Assembly (NCBI GenBank): GCA_034530615.2
Contig: JAVRCV020000004.1
Span: 32,001 to 96,000 of the forward strand
Length of the DNA stretch: 64,000 nt
Source: Aulosira sp. ZfuVER01
GTDB lineage: Bacteria > Cyanobacteriota > Cyanobacteriia > Cyanobacteriales > Nostocaceae
Reading direction: 5' to 3'
The notes under the pieces were generated by a model. The model searched no databases, was not told where the DNA came from, and was given only the letters and a program-made list of their open reading frames with translations. Below are positions 40,486-49,700 of this stretch, piece by piece (position 1 is the first letter of the stretch; each line of letters begins with the position of its first letter). A program made the translations under genes and the position numbers.

Positions 40486-41775
40486 TTAATTCTTGGGTGG
40501 GTTACGTCGTCGCTGTAGAAAATCAGGAATATCTAATACAGGTTTTTCTTTTGGCTCTGCAATTGGTGTTGGGGGGCTAGCAGCAGGTGGCTGTGACATA
40601 GGACGCTTCGGGGGCTGTGCTGCAACCCTTGTGTTCGATACAGTTTGTTGTGGTGCTGCTTGTAGTTCGCCAGTAAACCCTGTTGCAATTACAGTAATAC
40701 GGACTTCACCTTGGAGCCTGTCATCAATCACCGCGCCAAAAATAATATTGGCGTTGGGATCAACCACTTCATAGATTGTTTCTGCGGCAGCATTCACTTC
40801 ATGCAAGGTGAGGTCACTACCACCAGTAATGTTAAAAACAACTCCTCTGGCTCCTTCTATAGAACATTCTAGTAAAGGTGAAGAAATAGCAGCGATCGCT
40901 GCTTCTCTAGCTCTTGATTTCCCTGAGCTAACTCCTATGCCCATCAATGCCGATCCTGCATCGGCCATCACAGCTCGGACATCGGCAAAGTCAACGTTTA
41001 CTAAACCAGGGATCGTGATGATGTCAGAAATTCCTTGCACCCCTTGACGTAGCACATCATCTGCATACCGAAAGGCTTCTTGCACAGGCGTTTGCTCAGG
41101 TATCACTTCCAACAGCTTATTGTTAGGGATAATAATAAGCGTATCTACCCTACTTTTTAGCCCTTCAATGCCTTGCTCTGCTTGACTAGTACGGCGGCGT
41201 CCCTCAAAAACAAATGGACGTGTGACAACGCCTACAGTGAGAGCGCCCATTTCTTTTGCTACTTCTGCAACAATTGGGGCTGCACCAGTTCCTGTGCCAC
41301 CTCCCATGCCAGCCGTGATAAATACTAGGTCAGCACCTTCCAAAGCTGTAGCGATTTCGTCCCTTGATTCCTCGGCTGCCTTTTGACCAATAGCCGGATT
41401 ACCACCTGCGCCTAAACCGCGTGTCAGTTTCTGTCCTATTTGTAACCGACTAGGAGCACCTGCCAGAGTCAAAGCTTGAGCATCAGTATTAATTGACCAA
41501 AACTCCACTCCACTGACATCAGATTCAATCATCCGGTTAACGGCATTACCACCACCGCCACCCACACCGATCACTTTAATGTTGGCAACCCGGCCCGGAA
41601 CAATCTCGCCAATTCTGTTAATTTCAGTAGTAATCTTCTTACTGTCATGATTTTGCCCAAAGTTAAGCCCCGAGTGATTAAAGGGATTAGTGGAGTTAAC
41701 AGCCAGTGAGAATCCTGACTGTCCCACAGATTGGGAGTTTTTATAGGTAAGCCCTTGGTTATTATCAAGTGTCAT
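40486..41775 (-). CDS. ftsZ: Cell division protein FtsZ
   Basis: [26 protein letters not shown]-terminal LDIPDFL. Confidence 0.99.
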   Translation of the reverse strand: MTLDNNQGLTYKNSQSVGQSGFSLAVNSTNPFNHSGLNFGQNHDSKKITTEINRIGEIVPGRVANIKVIGVGGGGGNAVNRMIESDVSGVEFWSINTDAQALTLAGAPSRLQIGQKLTRGLGAGGNPAIGQKAAEESRDEIATALEGADLVFITAGMGGGTGTGAAPIVAEVAKEMGALTVGVVTRPFVFEGRRRTSQAEQGIEGLKSRVDTLIIIPNNKLLEVIPEQTPVQEAFRYADDVLRQGVQGISDIITIPGLVNVDFADVRAVMADAGSALMGIGVSSGKSRAREAAIAAISSPLLECSIEGARGVVFNITGGSDLTLHEVNAAAETIYEVVDPNANIIFGAVIDDRLQGEVRITVIATGFTGELQAAPQQTVSNTRVAAQPPKRPMSQPPAASPPTPIAEPKEKPVLDIPDFLQRRRNPPKN

Positions 41776-43127
41776 TGGATTTGTGAAAGGTAGATAAACG
41801 ACTTTTTTAGGTGTTATTCACCTAAGAGTCAACTATAGTGTGGCACTGCCATAGATAATGACAGTGTTCTTTATTGTTCTCACTACTTCCAACCCTAACA
41901 GGATTGTCAGTGCGAAATTTCGCTACGGCATTAGCCAAGAACGCAGCCGTTCGCACAACCAGTTCTAAAGAAGTATACCTATATTTACTTAAAAATGATC
42001 TGTATAACTTCAACCAAAGATTAATATCTTCACTATTAGGTTGCCGATTGAGCTTGGTTTTTATTTGGCATTTCCAATGTTCTTCCTCTTTTATTACTAA
42101 TGATTTAGATTGGTCACTAATTTTACAACTAACAGTATTGATTTTTTTTGCTTTTCTCGCCACTTTTGGAATGTTAATTTTGTATATTTTATAATCTCCT
42201 TCCAAATAAAAATATCGGGAATAGAAATTATTGCTAATGTTAAACTTGGCTTCATCATCAAGACTTTGGTGCTTAAATATACATTTGAACACAGTATAAG
42301 TAACTCTACACCCAAAATTACACTCAGATAGCACAACTTGTAAAGACTTCTGACAACAAGTCTTGTTTGCTTTCAGAATATGGTTAACAAGTTTCACTAT
42401 TGAGTCTGATTGCACCTTATTACACAAAATTTACCCTCTAGTTATCTGTCTGTGGGTTTGGCTTCAGGAAGATTTTGCTTGTCAATTTTATAGAAAAACC
42501 CTAATTGATTAGCTGTTTGGTGTACCTTAACGCACATTGGTTGGACAAATATTCTACCCTATAGAAATCGTTACTGGTATCGTTGCAAAACACAGAGAAG
42601 TTCATAGCCAGGAGAGAATTTGTGCCGACTTTCCAAAAGCGAAGCTTACAGAACATAGGGCGAAGTTTCTCATTGCACCAAGGAACTTTAGCAATCCATC
42701 TTTGGTAATGATCTTTCTCACATAATTAATGACAGTACCTACTGTTGATCGTGCCGTAAGCTGAAATTGGAGTGTCTACACTAGTATCCTTGTTTTATAA
42801 ATTTAGATATTTTAGTGACAAACTCATGATTTTTTTCTTTTACGATCTGGGTTATTTTGAAAAACGCCTAGGCAAACAGTGCTTCTACACCATAAGCCAT
42901 CATTAATTTTTCAAAAATCTTGCACCCTCTCACTAAATGTTATGGTAAAAGCTGGGTTTGTTCTACTCCAAAAAGGAAGTTTTGTAAACAACCCACTGAT
43001 TTAGAGACAAGTTAATGCTGATTTTAGTGTTGGGTACTGAAAATCTAAAAAAATAATAAATATATTTACCAGCTTAAACTTCTTAATTTACTCAGATCCT
43101 TATACACATTAACCATGTTAGATATTT

Positions 43128-43973
43128 CTAGGGTGTTCGGAAATTAACTTTTAATTTTTTTTGATTCAATTGTACTAATGGATTGTCCGGGTTTTGAAGA
43201 TCAATGTATTCTATTTGACTAGAATTCAACTTGCCAGGTAAATGGTGTAGTTGAGTCAGTATCTTAATTTGTTCAGATAATTGAGAACTTGGTGGACCGA
43301 GATGTACATTACCTAGTTCAGTTTTCAAAATTAAATTTGTTGGATCTTGGCAATCAATTTCCATGACTTTTACAGAACTTTGGCTCACTGATAGATAAAG
43401 TTGAGTCCAATAAGGAAGGTATTTTTCTGGCGCTCCAATTACTTTGAGACTGGGCAATTTCCCTGTAGGATTCAATGATGTGTATTTTTCTAGAGGCATC
43501 CAAACTCCACTTGCATCTATTAAGCCCAGAGATCCTTGTTTATTACTACTGTCAGTATTTTCCCCTTGAGGAGTTTGAACCATTGCTACAGGTACTCGTT
43601 CTGTGATTTCAATAATTAATCCAGGAGGAAATAGACGACGACTAACGCTAGCTTGGGCAATAGTTGGTTGTCGCTTTAAAGAGTCAGCGATAACCGATGG
43701 CTGAATTCGCCATAAAGACTGGGGATAAGATAGCACCAACAGTGACTGAATCGTCTGATCTGACAGTAATTGATTACCTGATTTCATGACAATTTGTTTG
43801 GGAGCATTTAGCATCCACATGGGTTGGATTGCTATCCACAGCAAACATCCGGCCAAACCACTAATAGCAAAGGTGCGCCAAAGAGCTTGAATAATTTTCA
43901 TCTGCTGCTGTCTCCGTAGTTTTTTACGGCGTTGGGCTAAATCCGTACGCGAAACTGATACTAGTCCAGCCAT
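43128..43973 (-). CDS. ftsQ: Cell division protein FtsQ/DivIB
   Basis: Basic N-terminus, TM helix, POTRA (VSRRLFPPGLIIEITER), YIDLQ; upstream of ftsZ. Confidence 0.92.
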   Translation of the reverse strand: MAGLVSVSRTDLAQRRKKLRRQQQMKIIQALWRTFAISGLAGCLLWIAIQPMWMLNAPKQIVMKSGNQLLSDQTIQSLLVLSYPQSLWRIQPSVIADSLKRQPTIAQASVSRRLFPPGLIIEITERVPVAMVQTPQGENTDSSNKQGSLGLIDASGVWMPLEKYTSLNPTGKLPSLKVIGAPEKYLPYWTQLYLSVSQSSVKVMEIDCQDPTNLILKTELGNVHLGPPSSQLSEQIKILTQLHHLPGKLNSSQIEYIDLQNPDNPLVQLNQKKLKVNFRTP

Positions 43974-44400
43974 TTAAACCTCTTTTTGGTTTCAGTCCGT
44001 GTTTTTGCAACCCTGGGAGCGTCAATTAATTTTAATAAACTCTGCCAACATCTTTTAGCTGATATTCTCAATACTTTTTTCACTTTTTAGTAATAATTTA
44101 CAGCAACTACACCAGGATAGTTGTGTAAGGAACTTTCAATAGCAAAGTTAGCGGTGTCTATTTTAGACCCTATGTCACCTTTTTTCTGTGGGGTAATAGC
44201 CATTATCCGCGAAAAAATCTGACAGCAAAAGGCTTACAGCATTTTGCTATGTGCGTATATCAATTTTAAATATGTCACAATGCTGATACGGTTAAATCTT
44301 TGGAGCAACAATAGCAGTTTTTTGAGATCTGAATCATAGCAAAACTGCCTATTTTTTCAAGGATTAAACCTGAGTAACCCTAATATAAAGCAATAACGGG

Positions 44401-44670
44401 TACTCTTCGAGAACCGCTACCCTACTCTGCGAAAACTTTCTTCTCCTGCGGAGACGCTAACGCGAACGAGGGAACAGGAACGACTTCTCTTTTGGAGTAC
44501 AAGTGGGGGAACTTGACACCACTTGCTACCCTGCGGGTTCGCTGAAAGCGTCCTCGAAGAGTAGCCACCCTTCAGGCGTCTACAAGCCAGGACCCTTCCA
44601 ACGCAGTGGCTCCCCAACGCACTGTCGACGTTTGGACTTCAATACCGCTACGCTAACATCGCACTGCCTC
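44401..44670. mobile_element. Second pile-up of small dispersed palindromic repeats
   Basis: GC-rich; TACTCTTCGAG/CTCGAAGAGTA, CAAGTGG/CCACTTG, CCCTGCGGG, TCTCCTGCGGAGA, and CCAACGCAGTGGCTC related to the 11111 unit. Confidence 0.65.
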
Positions 44671-45142
44671 ACTATTATTCTTGAAAGTACCATTTAGAAC
44701 ATTTAGAACATATAGACATCTAGGTTTTTTTTACAGATAATTGCGAAATATTAATTTAAATATAAACATTCTTTTTTATTTATTGACAAAAATACATATA
44801 ATTGATATGCATAGCATCTATGACTAAATCCTAAATCCAAACCACAGAGTAACTTTTTTTACAAAATAAACTCAGTCTAAGGGTTTTTGCTACATCAAGT
44901 AAAGGCTATAGATTGTCAAAAGCTTAACAGCAGCTGTAAAAAGGACAGATACACTTAATGTATAAGGAAAAACTAACTCTCTAGCGTACTAGTGACAGTT
45001 GTTAGCACCAACAGTGCTTCTAGGACTCTGCATAAGCCAAAATTGTAAATGAGTCAATTGTGCAGATCTCTATATTAAATAGAGCGTTTTGCATAGCAAA
45101 AGATACAAATTAAACCGCATCTAAATCTACATCTGCATCTAC

Positions 45143-46474
45143 ATGAGAACGACACTAAATTTGTCACGTTTTTATAAAGCATGTAACCCTAGCTACACAT
45201 TAAATATGGGTGAGGTACTGGATAAGCAGTACTATATAGATTTCTCTGATGTACGTGGTTGCAAGATTGTTGAAGAATTACAACGTACTATCAGTCGTAT
45301 TTCTCCAGATGAGCCGACTTGTCAGTTATTTACGGGTCACATTGGTTGTGGTAAATCCACAGAATTACAACGTCTCAAAGCAGAGCTGGAAGTAGCAGGA
45401 TTTCATGTAGTTTATTTTGAATCCAGCCAAGATCTAGATATGGCGGATATTGATGTCAGTGATATTTTGCTGAGTGTAGCTCGTCAAGTCAGTGTCAGTT
45501 TAGAAGGGATTGGTATTAAACTCAAACCGGGTTACTTTAATAATTTATTCAAAGAAATAGGGGATTTTTTGCAGAGTCCCATAGAGTTATCAGGACAAGC
45601 GGAATTATCCTTAGGTATTGCTAAAATTACCGCCAAAACTAAAGATAGTGCGCAGATGCGCAATCAATTAAGACAATATCTCGAGCCACGTACGAACAGC
45701 ATTTTGCAAGCAATTAATGAGGAGATATTAGAAAAAGCTGTTGAACAGCTCAAACAACGTGGTCAAAAAGGATTGGTAGTAATTGTAGATAACTTAGATA
45801 GGGTTGATATGCGACCCGTAGCATCTGGGCGCACGCAACCAGAATATCTTTTTATCGACCGAGGTGAGCAGTTACGTCGGCTCAAATGCCACTTAGTATA
45901 CACCATACCTTTAGCCTTAATTTTTTCCAATGAGTATGAGACTTTGAAAAATCGCTTAGGAGGAGGAATTGCGCCCAAAGTATTACCGATGGTATTGGTG
46001 CGGCAAAGAGATGGTCATGACTACGAACCAGGGATGTCACTATTGCGCCAGCTAGTCTTAGCAAGAGCTTTTCCGGAAATTCCCTGGAATGAGAGACCAT
46101 CATTAATTACAGATTTATTTGACCACCCTGAAACCTTAGGTCGTATATGCCGTGTCAGTGGCGGTCACATTCGTAATTTATTGGGTCTGCTTTATAGTTG
46201 CTTGCAACGCCAAGATCCTCCTTTTTCTAGAGAATGTTTAGAAGCTGTAATTAAGGACTACAGGGATGATCTGCTATTAGCTATTGATGAGTACCAATGG
46301 AAATTACTGTTTGAAGTAGTGCAGCAGCAAAGTGTTAAAGGCGAATCTGACTACCAGAGCTTACTGCGAAGTATGTATCTGTTTGAATATCGCGATCCTC
46401 AAGGGCGATGGTTTGGCATTAGTCCAGCATTAGCAGAAACAGAAAAAGTTATGACTTGGCAGCAAAATAAATAA
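45143..46474 (+). CDS. P-loop ATPase (STAND/ORC-CDC6-like, uncharacterised)
   Basis: Walker A GHIGCGKS, Walker B VVIVDNLD, helical motif SGGHIR. Confidence 0.85.
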   Translation: MRTTLNLSRFYKACNPSYTLNMGEVLDKQYYIDFSDVRGCKIVEELQRTISRISPDEPTCQLFTGHIGCGKSTELQRLKAELEVAGFHVVYFESSQDLDMADIDVSDILLSVARQVSVSLEGIGIKLKPGYFNNLFKEIGDFLQSPIELSGQAELSLGIAKITAKTKDSAQMRNQLRQYLEPRTNSILQAINEEILEKAVEQLKQRGQKGLVVIVDNLDRVDMRPVASGRTQPEYLFIDRGEQLRRLKCHLVYTIPLALIFSNEYETLKNRLGGGIAPKVLPMVLVRQRDGHDYEPGMSLLRQLVLARAFPEIPWNERPSLITDLFDHPETLGRICRVSGGHIRNLLGLLYSCLQRQDPPFSRECLEAVIKDYRDDLLLAIDEYQWKLLFEVVQQQSVKGESDYQSLLRSMYLFEYRDPQGRWFGISPALAETEKVMTWQQNK

Positions 46475-46503
46475 GCGATTCAAAATTGTTTTTGAATCGC
46501 TTT
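46474..46503 (+). terminator. Hairpin between the ATPase and WD40 genes
   Basis: AAGCGATTCAAAA-ttgt-TTTTGAATCGCTT. Confidence 0.6.
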
Positions 46504-46747
46504 CTAGGGCAGGAAAATTTAGCCACTTGTTATCCTTTGTATTCTCTCAAGAATTACAAGTCAGCAAATCTCTCCTCGCCCACAGCTTAGGGGTAAAGCC
46601 CATACCTCGTTAAGGCTAAAACCAGTCACTAACGCAATGGCTTTTCTGAGAAACTTTTTGCAAAATGCAAAACTCTGTATCAGCAAGTATTCTGGTTGCT
46701 ACTTGATCTGTAATTTTTATTCTTCCTTTCTAGCCCGGTTTTTATTT

Positions 46748-49700
46748 ATGACAAAGTGGCAATTTACAGCAGCTATCGTCAATGACAATCAGCATGCTCT
46801 GCAAAGGATGATTCGGGCAATCAAGCTTTCCAAAGGACAATTTGCCCTGATTTTAGTTCGGTGCAACTATGGACAATTACGTGAGCAAATGTTGGCTAAT
46901 CTTCGTTTGCTCACCAAAGACATAAATATCCGAGAGATAATTCTCCAGCCATCAACTAATGCTTTACACACTCAAGTAATCACAGAACTATTTTTAGATC
47001 ACCCTGTGGTTGTTAAAGACACTTTGCCATCAGCTGTGATGGTTTTTGGACTAGAGTCAATTATCGCTCTCGATAATTTTTTGGCTGGTGTGAACCAAGC
47101 AAGAGATATCTATGCGGCTACTTTTCCTTTCCCCCTGATATTTTGGCTACAAGATGATGTGGCATCAATGCTGTCTAGGTTAGCACCTGATTTTAAAAGT
47201 TGGGCTGCAACTACAATTAAATTTGAATTAGCAAAAGAATATCTAATTGCTTTGATCAGGCAAGAAACAGAATCCTTATTTGCTAAGGTGTTAGAGACAG
47301 GTGCTGATAGATTTTTATCTAATGATACTCTTGATTTAGCCCCTAAATCACAAAATCGCCGTGAAATTGAGTCAGCTAGGAGTGATTTACTGCGTCTATA
47401 TGGTGTCAAATTAGATCCAGAATTAGAAGCAAGTTTAGAATTTGTATTAGGGCGTGATGAGTATGCCAACGATCAAATTAATGATGCTTTAGTTCATTAT
47501 CAAAGAAGCCTAGAACTTTGGCAAAAGGTGGGTTCAGATGAAAGTGGATTTAGGGGTTTAGAGGAGAATTTAGAAGTATATTCTCCCCATCCGCCGATGT
47601 TGCCATCTCCACCACTTTTGAGGCAGGCAGTAGTAATATTCCATCTGGGACTGTGTTATCGCCGCAAGGGGGACTTATACCAAGGTGCTGATAGCAAGTA
47701 CTGGCAAGATGCTCTTTTTTGGTTTAGGAAATGCTTGGAGATTTTAGAGGAGGCACAAAGACAAGACTTAGTTGCTAAATTTATATTACCTGCTTGTGAA
47801 ATGCTGCAACGCTTACAAGATTGGGAAGAATTAGAAGAATTAGCCCAAAAGTCTTTGAAGTTGCATGAAACTTATGGTAAACCTGTGCAAGTTGCCCAAG
47901 ATTATGGATTTCTTGCAGATGCGGCGGCTTCTGAGTCAAATTGGTTACTAGCGCATGAATTAGCGAATACAGCACTTTCTATTGCAGAAATGGCTACAGA
48001 AGTTTCACGTCGGCAGGAAAGTTGGTATCTTTTATTACTGGCAAGGACACAACGGCATCTGGGCGAGTGGGAAGAAGCCATCAATAATTTGGAATGGGCA
48101 AAAGTAGTTTGTGAGCTACAGTATGAACCATCACTTTATTTGGAAATTTTAGAAGAGTTGCGATCGCTCTATTTTGTTGAGCGTCATAACTATACAGAAG
48201 CCTTTAGCCTGAAGCAAGAAAAAATTCAAATAGAACATCAGTATGGCTTTCGCGCCTTCATTGGCCCAAGTCAATTGCAGCCCCAACGCTACAGAATTAA
48301 CCCAGTACTAGAGCCGCAAAAAATACCCTTCATTCCTGAGGAAGTGGCTCAGGAAATAGCAGCTTCTGGACGCCAACAAGATGTCAAACGTTTGATTGAA
48401 CGTATTACTCGTGCTGACTACAAACTTACAGTAATTCATGGTCCATCAGGTGTAGGTAAAAGTTCAATTCTCAAAGCTGGTTTAGTACCAGCTTTGAAAG
48501 GAAAAGTCATAGGTGAACGCATTCCTCTACCTATTGTTTTATCTGTATACACAGATTGGGTTACAGCATTGGGGCGCAATGTTAATCAAGTATGGCAAGA
48601 AACAGAAATATCCGCTGCTGTAGAAATTACACCAAATATACTAATTGAAAAACTCCGTCTAGCATCGGAACGAAATCATACAATAATTATTATTTTTGAC
48701 CAGTTTGAAGAATTTTTCTTTGTTAGCACATCTCCAGAAAAAAAGAGTCAATTTTATAAATTTTTTAGTCAGTGTTTAAATATTCCCTATGTAAAAATAA
48801 TTTTAGCAATTCGGGAAGATTATTTACATTACTTATTAGAATTTGAGCGATTGAGTAAAGAGACTAGTGATGGTTTATATGATTTAGGTGTAATTAATAA
48901 AAACATCTTAGATAAAGATATTCGCTACTATTTGGGTAATTTTGACAGTGCTGATGCCATAAATATCATCAAAAGTCTAACTCAACGTTCACATTATGAA
49001 ATAACTAATGAGTTAATTAACCAATTAGTGAATGATTTAGCAGGAGAACTAAATGAAGTACATCCAATTGAGCTACAGATAGTCGGTGCGCAGCTGCAAG
49101 CAGAAAACATTACTACGCTCGAACAATACAAACTATGCGGTGGCTCGACAAAACTAGTAGAACGCTGGCTAGAGGGAGTTATCAAAGATTGTGGACAGGA
49201 AAACGAAGAGCGTAGTTGGAAATTATTGTTTGAATTAATTGATGAAAAAGGCACAAGGCCACTCAAAACAAAAGCTGATTTGGCAGTTGCTCTAGGGAAT
49301 AATTTTACTGCAATATCTGATTTTGAATCGTCTTGGGAATTTATTTTAGAAATTTTGGTGGGATCGGGGTTAGTGTTGCGAGAGCCAGAAGAGTTAGGCG
49401 ATCGCTATCAGCTGGTTCACGATTACTTAGTTGAACCGATTCGCCAAAAAAACAGCTATGGCATGGTTGCTGAACTAGAAAAAGTCAGATTTGAAAAAGA
49501 TAGAGCTGAAGTAGCTCAAAAGCTATCTCAAGAGCAACTGAATTTAGTTTTGCAACGGCGACTGCGAGAAGCACGCATAGCAGGCGGATCTTTGGCAATC
49601 ATGGCCGGGGCAATAGCAGTATTATGGTGGCAAGCTGACTTACAAAGAAGAGCTGCAATTCTCCAGACTCGTAGAGCAGAACGTAGCGAAACTAACTTTA

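Noticed and set aside
44417..44697. Two short ORFs
   Set aside because: They coincide with the repeat pile-up and have no protein-like signal.
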